Assembly (NCBI GenBank): GCA_951406725.2
Contig: OX597838.1
Span: 25,110,001-25,174,000, forward strand
Reading direction: 5' to 3'
Length of the DNA stretch: 64,000 bases
Source of the DNA: Octopus vulgaris
Lineage: Eukaryota
The notes beneath the pieces are model-generated. The model searched no databases, had not been told where the DNA came from, and saw only the letters and a list, made by a program, of their open reading frames with translations. The translations under genes were made by a program, and so were the position numbers. Positions 40,531 to 55,030 of the stretch are shown piece after piece (the stretch's first letter is position 1; each line of letters starts with the position of its first letter).

Positions 40531-40759
40531 CTTTACTTCATAGTGTCAACAACTAACTTTTCTCTACTTTTCCAAATAGAGAGCGACACTGTAAACAGAC
40601 CAACACACAGACACACCACTGACAGACAGACAGGTCGACAGACACAGGACACGCAGGCCGACAGACAGAGAGACAGACAGACAGGCGAAGCTGTTAGGTC
40701 AGCAGGCAAGGAACCAACCCGACGTATTATAGATAAGGAAGGAGCGCCCACACGTATAC

Positions 40760-40816
40760 ACACACATATATATATATGAAGCCAAGCAACACAAACACAC
40801 ACACGCAAGCACCTAT

Positions 40817-40915
<99 letters not shown>

Positions 40916-41155
40916 TATACATATATATATATATATTTATATATATATGTGTGTGTGTGTGTGTATATACATATATGTACATACATACATATGTATATAT
41001 ATATATATGTATGTATGTATACACACACACACACACATATATGTATGTATACACACATACACACACACAAATACATACAGAATATTGTGGTGGGAGACAA
41101 ACTTACATATGCCCACAACTTACAGCATTCACACAGATGCACACATACGTATGTG

Positions 41156-41208
<53 letters not shown>

Positions 41209-41384
41209 GTATATATATACATATCATCATCATCATCATCATGACACATACATATGTGTGTGTGTATATATGTATGTGTATATGCATACATACATATATA
41301 TACACACAAACATACACTTGTACAAGTATACATATATATATATGCATATATATATATGTATATATATATATGTATATATATATA

Positions 41385-41427
<43 letters not shown>

Positions 41428-41537
41428 ACAGACACATATGTATGTAAATATATATATATATATAATATATATATGTATATATATATATGCATATATATAT
41501 ATATATATCTATATATATAAACACAGACACATGTATG

Positions 41538-41580
<43 letters not shown>

Positions 41581-41868
41581 GGGGAAACAGAGAGAGCATG
41601 TGGAGAGGAGGAGAAATAAAGAGAAACGCAAATATATCTTCAAACACACATAGACACACACACACTTATACATCCTTATTCCACTCCCATTCACAAAATA
41701 CGCAGTCGAGACAATATACACACATACACACACACACATAAACATATAGTGTCAAGAGAGAAGGATAAAAATACGTACACATATGATCACAAACTACACA
41801 ATTTACACATCTGGAAACCAAGCCAACACCATGCCTCTTTGTGATGGTGATGGTGGAGGAACACAAAT

Positions 41869-41911
<43 letters not shown>

Positions 41912-41932
41912 TATATATACACATATATATAA

Positions 41933-42023
<91 letters not shown>

Positions 42024-42291
42024 TGCACACACATGCATAAATGTATAAATACATACATACATACATATATTGATATACATATATAACCAAAAATGCATTA
42101 ACATCTCTCACATGCAATATATATGTATCTGTGTGTGTGTGTATGTGTGTGCAAACATACATACACACACACGCGCGCGCACACACACACATATATATAC
42201 TTATATAAATATATATACATATATATATTAAGTATATATACTTATATATACTTATATATATATATATATAAGTATATGTAAGTATATATAC

Positions 42292-42328
<37 letters not shown>

Positions 42329-42723
42329 CATATGTAAGTATATATACTTATATATGTATACATATATATATATGTATGTATGCATGTATACGCACACACA
42401 CACACCACTTATGTACAACCAACACAACCTCCGCAACTCATTAATAAGCAGACAAGTACAAAACACACACACACACACACACACACACATGCATACATGC
42501 ACAGGGAATATGACGAAAATGCATACACACATATGTACACACACACACACCCACATGCACACACACACACAAACTTACAATCATATATACTCACAGTGTA
42601 AATAATAGAAAATGCCAAAGTACGTTCATACAGACACACACACACATACGTTGATACACTTAGAAATCAGGATTTACAACGAATCAACAATCACACCTGC
42701 TGCTCCACCAAACGGAGTCAGCA

Positions 42724-42758
<35 letters not shown>

Positions 42759-42854
42759 CATGGACACAAGCACATGCGAGGAAAAACACTCAAACATCCA
42801 TACAAATATATGTGTACACACATATATATATGCATACATATACATATATATATG

Positions 42855-42885
<31 letters not shown>

Positions 42886-43196
42886 GCATACATACACACA
42901 CACACATTTATTTATTTTTTATTTTATTTTATCTAGTTTCAGCTCACGAGCTGTGGCCATGCTGGGGCACCGCCATTTATATCTGTAGTGTAAAGACAAT
43001 TAGCATTAAAAGGGTAACGCAAAGAAAAGTTCTTTTTTTATACATACATACATACAGACATATACATATATATATATATACACACACACACACCCTCACA
43101 CACACATACATATATGATATAAGTATTATATATAAACATGTGTATGTATGTAAATGAATGATGTGTATTGTTTTGTAATTATACAAATATACACTC

Positions 43197-43227
<31 letters not shown>

Positions 43228-43560
43228 GATACACTCCTTGGGATACTTAAAAATCAGCATTTTTACAAACACCTGCAGTTTTGTAGGCATGCTCAACACA
43301 CACACACATACACACACACAAACACATACACACACACATACACGCACACACACACACACAAACAAATACACATGCGTAAAAACACACTAGCACACACAGA
43401 GGCAGACAAATATAAACATGCAAAGACACAAGCAGACATGCACACACACACATTAGTGAAAACACACACAAACGCATACCAGCAAACCAAACACCACACA
43501 CACTCACACACACACACAAACACACACACAGAAATGTAAAAACTCACTTACACACACACA
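40760..43560. repeat. Compound (TA)n/(CA)n/(TACA)n microsatellite field upstream of the LIM gene
   Basis: Direct inspection. Confidence 0.95.
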
Positions 43561-45199
43561 CATACGAGATACTTTATTTCACGTTGCTCCAGTCCACTCA
43601 GCTGGCAAAAGTGAGGAGTACCAGTAATTCAAGTGGGGGCAGCCTTGTCACATTCTGTGTCATGTTGAATCTCTCTGAGAAGTACGTTAAGGGTACATGT
43701 GTTTGTGGAGTGCTCAGATTATGGATTTTGATTCCTAGCCCAGGCATTGCACTGTATATTTCATGTTATTCCACACTCATTTCGTCGCCTAACGTGTGAC
43801 ACGTCACACACCTGTACAGGTAATGTTGATTTGATAGAGAGAGTGACCTTATGTGCAAAACAAACATTTGATCTTTATAAACAAATCATCTGTGTGGTTG
43901 TTCAGCAAGTAACTGCAGGACTCTCGTACATCATCTAATGATGGGAGGGTCCATGATACACACACACACACATATACACACATATATATACACACATGGC
44001 TGTTATTTTCAGATTATACATTTTCAGATAAGGTGGTCTTGGACTCCACAAACATGATGGTCATGGCAGGGTTGCTTTTATTCAGAATAGGTAATCTAGG
44101 ACCAAACAACAACAACAGACATGTCATCATCTGAACTCATCATCTCAGCTTTCTACATCAGTCCTTTGCTGACATTTATTGACTAATTTGACTGGATCTA
44201 ACAGATCTGAGAGGACTCCCCTCCTCAAATGCTCCTGCCCCTCTCAAAATACTTAGTCTTGTGAGTTACTTGGTGCCCCTGCCAATGTAGGTGCCACTTA
44301 AAAAGCATGCAGTCCACATTGTAAAGTGGTTGGTATTTGGAAGAGCATCCAGCCGCAAAAACCATGCCAAAACTGACCTCACCTGCACTGGTGCTACATA
44401 AAAAGCACTCAGTCCACTCTGCAGAGAGGTTGGTGTTAGGAAGGGCATCCAGCCGCAAAAACCATGCCAAAACTGACCTCACCTGCACTGGTGCTACATA
44501 AAAAGCACTCAGTCCACTCTGCTGAGAGGTTGGTGTTAGGAAGGGCATCCAACTGTAAAAACCATGACAAATCAGACTCAGTAGCCTGGGGTAGTCTTCT
44601 ACCTGGCCAGCTCCTGTCAAACTGTCCAACCCATGGAAGGCAGGCATTAAACGATGATTATGTGTGTGTGTGTGTGTGTGTGTGTTTGTGTTTGTGTGTG
44701 TGCATGTGTTTGTCTCCCACCTGCCACTTGCTAACTGGTGCTAAGTGTGTTTCCATCCCCATAACTTAGTGGTTCGGCAAAAGAGACTGATAGATAAGTA
44801 CTAGGCTTTAAAAGAAAAAAAAAACCATATAAGTACTGAGACCAATTCATTTGACTAAAAAATTATCTAAGTTGGTGCCCCAGCATGGCCACAGTCTTAC
44901 AAGTGAAACAAGTAAAAGACAGAAGACATATATACACACACATAGACACACACACACGCAAACTCAGTTGTTCACAGGAATTCATTGTTATCTTCACAGC
45001 AACTACCACTATCACCATGATGACTAACAGAATGGTGGGGGAAAAACCATTGTCATCGCACCCCCAAAATGTACAAGATAACAGAAGGAACAAATAATAT
45101 GTGCATAACTTCACAAATGTTTCTATGTATGTGTGTATATGAATGAGTGTGTTATGGTGAGGAGATCCCATACGTGTTTTCGACATACATACATACATA

Positions 45200-45580
45200 C
45201 ATATCTATCTATCCGCTCAGTCGAAGTCGACTCTCAGTCACTCGTTGGATCAGTGTCCTCCAGTCAGTTCTATCCTGGGCCGCTTCTTTCAGATTGGCTA
45301 TGTCCATTCCGGTATCACTCTTGATGGTGTCAAGCCAGCGGGTTCTTGGTCGGCCTCTTCCTCTCTTGCCACTGACCATTCCGAGCATGATGTCCTTCTC
45401 CAGGGATTTTCTTCGCATAATATGACCGAAATATGCCAATCTATGCTTGGTGATCTTAGCTTCTAGCGACATTTTCGGCCTGATCTGCTTAAGAACGTCT
45501 CCATTGGTGAGCCTCACTGTCCATGGAATCCGTAAAAGTCTTCTCCAACACCAAAGCTCGAATGCATTAATTCTCTTCTG
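45200..45580 (-). mobile_element. RTE (BovB-like) LINE 3' fragment, ORF C-terminus intact
   Basis: RRINAFELWCWRRLLRIPW...RLAYFGHIMRR...GKRGRGRPRTRWLD...AQDRTDWR...* followed by a (TAGA)n tail. Confidence 0.9.
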
Positions 45581-45659
45581 AGTGTAGTGGGTGCTGTTTA
45601 TGTGCCACTAGCATGGGTGCCAGTTATGTAACACTGACATACTAGCTATGATCTATGAT

Positions 45660-45893
45660 AAGGCAGCGAGCTGGCAGAAACATTAGGACACCGGGCAAAA
45701 TGCGTAGCCGTGTTTCGTCTGCCGTTACGTTGTGAGTTCAAATTCTGCCGAGGTCAACTTTGCCTTTCATCCTTTCGGGGTCGATAAATTAAGTACCAGT
45801 TACACACTGGGGTCGATGTAATCGACTTAATACCTATGTCTGTCCTTGTTTGTCCCCTCTATGTTTAGCCCCTTGTGGGTAATAAAGAAATAG
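45660..45893 (+). mobile_element. tRNA-derived SINE, family B (Meta/MESC-like central domain)
   Basis: Head gagctggcagaa...gagttcaaattc; central actttgcctttcatcctttcggggtcgataaattaagtaccag resembles the MetaSINE domain as recalled. Confidence 0.8.
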
Positions 45894-46720
45894 GTACCAC
45901 CTATGATCTCACTTGGTTTGACAGGTCTCCTCACGCACAGTATATTGCCAAAGGTCTCCGTCTCAAGTCACAACCTCTGTGAGGCCTAGCATTCAAGGGA
46001 TGCTTTTTACATGCCACCAGCAGGGATATGTGCAAATGTGTATGTTTGTTTTATGCATGTATGTGTATGTGTGTGTGTGTGTGTGTGTGTGAGTAATTGT
46101 GTTTGATGCCCCTGCTACTTGACCACCGGTGTTGGTTTCTTTACTATTTACCAGTGTAGGTTCTATAGAGATAATTTGTTTCTGGTTTAAGCACAAGGTC
46201 AACAATTTTTAAGTGAGAAGGGTTAAACCAGTAACATCAACTCCAATACATGAAAGGTACTTTATTTTATCGACCCAGAAAGGATAAATGGCGAAGTTGG
46301 CCTCGGCAGGATTTGAACTCAAAGCACAGTGAGCTGGAACATTCACAACATAACAAGCAATCTTCTGATGCTCTATCAATTCTGCCAAGTAGTTGCTTTA
46401 CAGGTGTAAACATCATCATCGTCGTCATCATCATCATTATCATCATCTTCTTCTTCTTCTTCCCCTCCTCCTCCGCTTCCTCCTCCTTTTCCATCTTTTT
46501 CTCCTCCTCCTTCTTCTCCTTAAATACTATTGTTATTATTTATTTTTCTTTTCATTGCTTTCTGCCTACTTTCCATCTTACAGACATTTTTGAGTATCTG
46601 TAGAAATAACAACATACACACACACACACACATTCACATACATATATACATATAAATATATACATACGTATATATATATATACATATATATGCATATATG
46701 TATTTATATATATATACATA

Positions 46721-46787
<67 letters not shown>

Positions 46788-46793
46788 ACATAC

Positions 46794-46837
<44 letters not shown>

Positions 46838-47371
46838 ATCTCCGGCTATAATCTGTCTCTCATTCCATTTAACCTTTTTCCATTTTGTTTCTTGATTGTT
46901 TCTTCTCCATATTTAATTATACTTTCTCATATTCAAGAGACATTTGGAAGAATTCTCTCTTGGAGAGGAATCATGTGAAACCAATTGTTTGTTCACTTCA
47001 ACCACTTTGTTCTGTTCCAACTGTTTCACTTTCCTATTCATCGCCACCCACACAAACATCTACCGTCACAACGATTGCCAGTACCCCCACTGCCGCCGCC
47101 ACCACCACCACCACTAACAACAGCAATAACAACAACATCGCTTCATCATCATCTTCACCACCACTACCATCAACACCACTACCACCACCACCACCACCAC
47201 CACTGCAACTGTTATCACTACTGCCATTGTTTATGCCACTTAGAATCATAATCATCATCATCAACATCATTATCATTACCACCATGTTATTCACAAATTG
47301 GTTATATATATATATATATACATACATATACACACACACACATATATGTATATATATATATGTGTGTCTGA

Positions 47372-47405
<34 letters not shown>

Positions 47406-47446
47406 GTGTGTATGAATGCCTGAATATATCTATATCATTAAATATA

Positions 47447-47499
<53 letters not shown>

Positions 47500-47574
47500 T
47501 TATATATATATATTTATATATATATATATATATATACCTATATATATATATATATATATACCTATATATATATA

Positions 47575-48446
47575 TTGGGTCATCCCATAAATAATGCAGC
47601 TTTTCTATACTTCTTTTATTTTTCAAAATTCTTATCAACAAATTTCTTTTTTTATTCTAAAATATACTCCCTCTTCCAAAATTCACTTGCCCATGATGAA
47701 AAATACTCCTACAGTACTGTTCTGACATATGTCTACAGAATTCATATCTTTCCCATCCAAATTATTTTTGAATACATACAGAATAAATGATAATCAGATG
47801 GGGCAATGTCCAGTGAATATGGTGGGTGGAGCATCATTTCTCATTCAAACTGCTCCAGCCTTTGGAATGTCATCCTCACTGTATGTGGCCAAGCATTATC
47901 CTGATGGAAGAACACCTTTTGTCTTGAAACCAAATATGGTCGTTTTTCTTCTAGTGCTGACTTGAATGACTGGTTGAATGTCCAAATCCAAGCTTTCCTG
48001 CTAGTTCCTCAACAGTTACAATGGGATTTTACTCTATCAGGGTTTGCAAGCTCCACAGATCTTCTCGTCAAGCTCCACAGATCTTCCAGGACAAAGCTCG
48101 TCTTTTAGGCTATAGTCTACAGCTTGGAATTTCTGGAACCACCATTTACTCTAGCTTACGCTTATTGCCCGATCCCCATTAATATTCTTCACACTTTCCA
48201 TTGTGTTGTTGCCTTTATAGAATTCATAAAGCAAAATATTCCGAATATGCTCCTTTGTCACTTCCATTATAGCTTTGAAAAAATAACTGTTAAAATTGGA
48301 CTGCATTCTTCAAAACTTGCACTAAGAATAAGCTCAAGGTAAAATTACCACCAGCTTTTGTAGCAAGTTGATGCAGGTAGTTTATCCCATCCCCCACTGA
48401 CTTTTAGTTTATGCAATTGAAAAATATACACTATTTATGAGATGAC

Positions 48447-48450
<4 letters not shown>
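47575..48450 (-). mobile_element. Internally deleted mariner element with both TIRs
   Basis: TIRs ttgggtcatcccataaataatg / actatttatgagatgacctaa within TA runs; minus strand MEVTKEHIRNILLYEF...WWFQKF...GRSVELD HTH remnant from 48267. Confidence 0.85.
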
Positions 48451-48501
<51 letters not shown>

Positions 48502-48520
48502 GTAGATATACATATGTACG

Positions 48521-48590
<70 letters not shown>

Positions 48591-50107
48591 GTGTGTGTGT
48601 ATGTATGTATGTATTATGTATGTATGTATGCATGCATGTATATATAAAAGTGTATGTAGGAACTCAGTGAGAACATAGTGTTGAAAGTGTGAAACAGGTG
48701 GCTGTGTGCACCTTTCTGAGGCTGGGTATGTCAGTCATCTGAAGTGCCATGAAAGATCAACTGTATGCAAAGTTCTTCATCCTAGCCCAGGTGATTTGAG
48801 GTGTGTAGTGCATGAAAGGTCTTGCAAGTGAATTCCAGGGCTGAAAGGAGGACGTATGGCAGTTCACAAGGGTCACATCTCTCAGAGTGATCCAACCAAT
48901 CCAACCAAAGTTACAACTTTTGTTTATCACCTATGCCCCAAACCATGCAGGACAGAATAGTCATCTGAAAGGTCATGGATGGAAAGTCATAAATGCCATT
49001 GACAATGAGGAAACTCAGGGAGACAGCAATCATCAGTGATCGCCACATGTATCATCATCATCATAATCACCCTCATCATCATCATCATTTAACATCCGTC
49101 TGTCATGCTGGCATGGGCTGGTCACAGATGATTGCTCTCTCCTTGAGCTTCTTCACTGTCAATGGCAGTTCTGACTTTCCATCCATGACCTTTCAGATAA
49201 CTATTCAGTCCTGCTGCAGATCTGCATGGTTTGGGGCATAGGTGACAAACAAAAACCAGAGGATTGTGCTAATCTCCAATGACTGCTTTGACATGGTTTC
49301 CACATGTTCTGGTGCCATGGAAAAAGCATTCAACACTCTCTGTAAAGTGGTTGGCATTAGGAAGGGCATCCATCCATAGACACCATCCCAAAGCAGACAT
49401 TAAAGCATGAGGCAGTCCTCTCTGATCTGTTAGATCCAGTCAAATTAGTCAAATAATGCCAGCATGAAGGATGGATGTAGAAAGCTGAGATGATGAGTTC
49501 AGGTGATGGCATGTCTGCTGTTGATGGTGATTAGCCCCAGGTAGCAAAACTTGGGCACTGAATGCAGACAAAATGTGAAAACTGGGAAAAACTGAAACAA
49601 GCGTGCTCCCTTGAATGTGTAGTGTTCGGTGTGCATGTACTACAAGCCATAGGAGAGTTGTGAAATAAACTGAGTATAAGAGAGAACAAATTTAGTATGT
49701 GAGAGAGAAGACTTCGTTTGTATGGTGATGTGGTTATGTAACGGATGTGGGTGATGACAGTTGGGTGAAGAGATATGAAGCAGAAAGGGCCTAAAGGATG
49801 TGTGAAAGAGGAAGACTGAGGAAGACAGGAGCAGAAGTGGTGCAAGCTGATCTCAGGATGTTGAACCTAAGGAAGTAAATGATAATGGAGTGTTACGAGT
49901 AGCAAGATGGTGTGTTGCAGAAGACCCAATCCAAGCCTTACAAATCATGAGGAAATGGATGTAAGAATGATACTAATGCTCAGAGTAATGATGACATACA
50001 TGCACTCAGACATACATACATACCAATTGATATATATATATATACACATATATACCTCAATCAATCTATCTATCTATCTATCTATCTATTTATCTCTCTC
50101 TCTCTCT

Positions 50108-50144
<37 letters not shown>

Positions 50145-50367
50145 TCTATACATATGTATACATATAGACATGTATATATATTTGTATATTTACATATATA
50201 TATATATATATATCTATGTGTGTGTGTTTATATGCATACATATATCACTATATATATATATGCATATATGTGAGTGTGTGTGTGTATCCATTTATATGTA
50301 TGCGTGTGTATTTCTCTACTCATCTATTTATCTATCTGTCTATCTATCTCTCTTTCTCTCCCTCTCA

Positions 50368-50455
<88 letters not shown>

Positions 50456-50760
50456 TACACACATATTTATTTGTATATTTATATGTGTGTGTGTCTGCAT
50501 GTTTGCGTGTTTATATGCAAGCATATATCACTATATGTGTGTGCGTGTGTGTGTGTCTGTGTGGAGTGTGCGTCTATATATGTATGTATATTCATATACA
50601 TATGTACATATATATTCATATATATATATATGGTGTTTCATGTTCTTGTCCATGTCTGTAATTATTTTTACTGTTTACCTATATATATATATATATATAT
50701 GTACATATATATATATATATATATATATGTACATATATATATACATATACATATATGTAC

Positions 50761-50819
<59 letters not shown>

Positions 50820-51027
50820 AACCAACTCCATTTGGCTCAAATGCCACTGCTGCAAGAGTAGTTCGTGTTCGTGTAGGTGTGAAATGATTCCACCGCACAA
50901 GAGGTATTGTCTCAGACACTCTCACATTGTAATCAAGCCGACAATGAAACCATTGCAAGTTGTTGTTATTGTTGCAGCCGTCGCTGTAGTAGTAGTGGTG
51001 GTGGTGATGGTGATGGTGGTGGTGGTG

Positions 51028-51093
<66 letters not shown>

Positions 51094-51314
51094 GTTGTTG
51101 TTGTTGTTGTAGACACCTATACCTGCGGAGCTCACTTCAACTGATTCAAGAAGCAAGCTTCCTCTTTCTCCCCTCCCCTTCCTCCTCCATTCACTTCTAC
51201 CTCTTGCAGCCTATCTACTGTCCTCCTTTCCTTACTATGGATTAAATGACGACAATAGCGGCGGTGGCAGCGGTGGCAGCAGTGGTGGTGCTGGTTTGTA
51301 GTTGGTGGTTGTGG

Positions 51315-51361
<47 letters not shown>

Positions 51362-54300
51362 GTGATGATGATGGGAGTGGGTGAGGTTGATGATTGAGAT
51401 GGGTTGCTGTGCTGTGGTGGCTGTGGTGATGATGATGATGGTGATGATGATAATGTGGGTGAAGATGGTATTAGTAGTGGTGGTGGTGGTGGTGGTGGGG
51501 TCGGTGGTGATGGTGGTGCTGGTGGTGGTAGTGGTGGTGCTGGTGCTGGTGGCAGTGGTGGCTGTGATGAAGAATGAGATGAAATTAGTTTGTTATAGTT
51601 AATGTTAATGCAGTAGTGTTGATGATGATGATGATGACGATGATGTCAGTGGTGGTGATGAAGATGATGATGATCATCACGATGGTGGTGGTGGTTGTAG
51701 TGTTGAGTTTGTATTTTATTGAGGTGGTGGTGGCGGCAGCAGCAGCAGCACTGGCAGTAGTAGAAGTAGCAGCAGCTGCAAGCTGCTGTGGTGATGATGG
51801 TAGTGGTGATGGTGGTAGTGGTGATGGTGGTAGTGGTGATGGTGGTAGTGGTGATGGTAGTGGTGATGGTGGTAGTGGTGATGGTGGTAGTGGTGATGGT
51901 GGTAGTGGTGATGATGGTAGTGGTGATGGTGGTAGTGGTGATGGTGGTGGTGATGTTTGCAATGCAGTTGTTTTGTTTTACCACCACCACCACCACCGCT
52001 AAGTCAGCCCTGTTCAGTTAGAACTAATGGTAAAAGGTATTCCAGCCATGACAGTCCCATCAGTTGTTTTTATTCATTCATAGTGTATTAAATATGTTTT
52101 TCCTCATCAAAATCAATAAAATATATGTTTTGAGGGAGATTTGACTGTTATTTCTAACGAGTTGCACAGTGACAAAGAGGCTTCCTCATTAGCTGATGCT
52201 GATTTTAAATATTTTATCAATGTAAGCTGACCAAGATAATTAATTAATTATCCATTGTCCAGTCCACCTGGCTGTTAGCAGATACCACAGTTACCACTTT
52301 TGGGACCAGTGGCAGCACTGCACAACTGTCAAATTGTTATTTAATCCCTGTGGATGGTCAAGGCTGAGCAAACTTTTAATCAAAGGCAATCCAGCTATGA
52401 CTATACATTTTGACTTTTTTGTACAGGCATAGCAGACCCCAGATGGTGTTCTTTCAAAGCAATAAGGTATGGCTTAAGGGGGATTTGGTGGCTGTTCCTA
52501 ACAGATTGGTCAACCACATAGCGGACCCCTCATTGGCCTATGTCTGGTAGATTTAGCTGCTATTTCTCACATGTTAAAAGACTTCTATACATGTTTATGG
52601 TATGAAAAAGATTGGCTGCTATCTCTAGCAAGTCAAACAACTATGTGGTGGCCTCATACTGACTTGTTTGTCCAAGGGAGGTTTGGAGAGTTTACTTAAT
52701 AAGTTTAATCAATAAGTCCAAGTAATTATGATTACAATTATTTGGGTTTATTAAACCTTGTCTGAGATAACTGTTATTAATAAGATTATAAAGCTGTTAA
52801 TAACAATTAATCTCAAATTTTCAGACAGTCAGCAATTAAAAGGTGTGGTACAAATAGAAGCAAAAGTAGTTTTGAGCATATCCTGCTCTCTTTGTTACTA
52901 AGACACACTCATCAAATTATTTTGCGTGCACAAAATTATAATAATAGTTCCAAATTTTGGCACATTTTCAAGGATGGGGATAAATCGATTACATTGACCC
53001 TAGTGCTCAACTAGTCCTTATTTTATTAACCTCTGAAAAGATGAATAGAATGAAAGGACGAATTAATTACCCAACCCTCAGACCATAAAGACAAATGAAA
53101 GCATTTTACCCAGTGTGTAACAATTCTGATAGCTCACTGCCAGTGCACGAAATTTGAGTAACTCCTCAAAATGGTAAATGGATGCAGGTTTTTATGTCGA
53201 ACCTGATCGGAGGTGAATCGTAACACGGCAAGAAAAGAAAGAAGAAAAATGAGCTCCTGTGTAATACTGGGAGGGGAGATAACTCTCAGGGCATTATAAA
53301 TAAAAAGGAGCTGAGGGAGAGAGAAAGGGGTAACAGAGATTGAGTAGAACATGAAATTTGGGGAGCAGGCACGTGGAAGTTGGCGGAAGTTTGGTTGAAA
53401 GGGGTTGGAAGGTAAGGGAAGAGGGGGATGTTGGAGATTACATAGTGATGTATAATATTTTTTATGCATGCATGTCTAGGATCAAAAGGGTAAAGATCCT
53501 ATGCCTATGTGTTATGTATGTATGCATTATGTATGTAATAGTATGTATGTATACATGTACGTGTGTGTGTGTGCGTATGTGTGTATATAGATAGTTAGAT
53601 AAATAGTTAGATAGAGAGACATGTTGTGTATACATTATATATATATAGTCTTTTACTTGTTTCAGTCACTTGACTGTGGCCATGCTGGAGCACTGCCTTG
53701 AAGGGTTTTTTTGTCAAACAAATCGACCCCCAGGACTTATTTCTGGAACCTAGTACTCATTCTATTGGTATCTTTTGCCAAACTGCCAAATTACAGGGAT
53801 GTAAACACACGAACACTGGTTGTCAAGCAGTGATTGGGTGCGTGGGGGGACAAACACATACACACACACACACACACACATATATATACACATACATACA
53901 CACACACATATATATAAATACATACATACATACACATGCACACACATATGTATACATACATACATATATATACACATACATACACACACACATATATATA
54001 TATATATACATATTACATACATACACACACACACACACACACATACATATACTTGTCAGAGGGGCAGAAACTCAAAAATAAACTGAAACAATGTAAAGTG
54101 AGGGGCTTCCTTATTGTGGAACCAAAAACCTCCCCTTCAGTGCTTTCAGCATAATAAGATATCCCTGGTCCATTCCATTAATCACGTAACATGTTTGTCC
54201 ATCCACAGAAATCATGCCTAGAATTGAAAGCATCCAAGAGAAGTGAACTTTGCAAGCCACACTGCAAGAAACACATCTAGGAGGGGCAGCAATTCTAAAT

Positions 54301-54667
54301 AAGAGCTGATACAATGTGGATAAGGGGGGGTTTTTTCTTCTTTTTTTTCTTTCTTTCTTTCAGTCCATTTGCAAACAACCTCTCTCGTGTCAGAAGTACA
54401 ATGAGGTGCACCTAGTGAACCCAGTAAGTCAAACACAGCAATAAAATGTGTCTGTTTTGTCGGTCGTTATGTGTAGCAGGTGGCAAGGACTTTGATAAAA
54501 ATTTCAAGATTGTGCGAGATCTGCTCAACTAATGATTGTACAGAAATATAAACACTGAAATAACGATAATGTTTTTCTAATATTATCTGCATTATTGTAT
54601 GCATTTTTGTGGATACATATTTGTATAAGTGCATGTGTAAGTGTATTATAATGTGTGTGTATGTTTA

Positions 54668-54876
54668 TAGGGTGGCCCAAAAGTAGGTTTACAGTTATCA
54701 AGTAAGCAATTTAAATTTCTTTTTAAAATATTTTATTACATTTAAATTTCTATCTTACATTTTAACTAAATTAGCATAGAATTATGGTTTCATATATTTT
54801 TTTATAGTTAAGATCTAAACTGTTAATATATGAATGAGAAAGAGATAGTTGAATAACCTACTTTTGAGCCAACCTG
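54668..54876. mobile_element. Tc1/mariner-type MITE
   Basis: TIRs agggtggcccaaaagtaggt / acctacttttgagccaacct with TA flanks. Confidence 0.75.
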
Positions 54877-54921
54877 TATATGCATGTGTTTGTGTGTGTG
54901 TGTGCACGCGCATGAGTGTAC

Positions 54922-55030
<109 letters not shown>

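Noticed and set aside
41745-41815. Minus-strand cag|ATGTGTAAATTGT (RCVNCVVC) as a possible LIM exon 3
   Set aside because: It lies upstream of exons 1-2 in transcription order, lacks the LIM spacing and sits in a microsatellite field.
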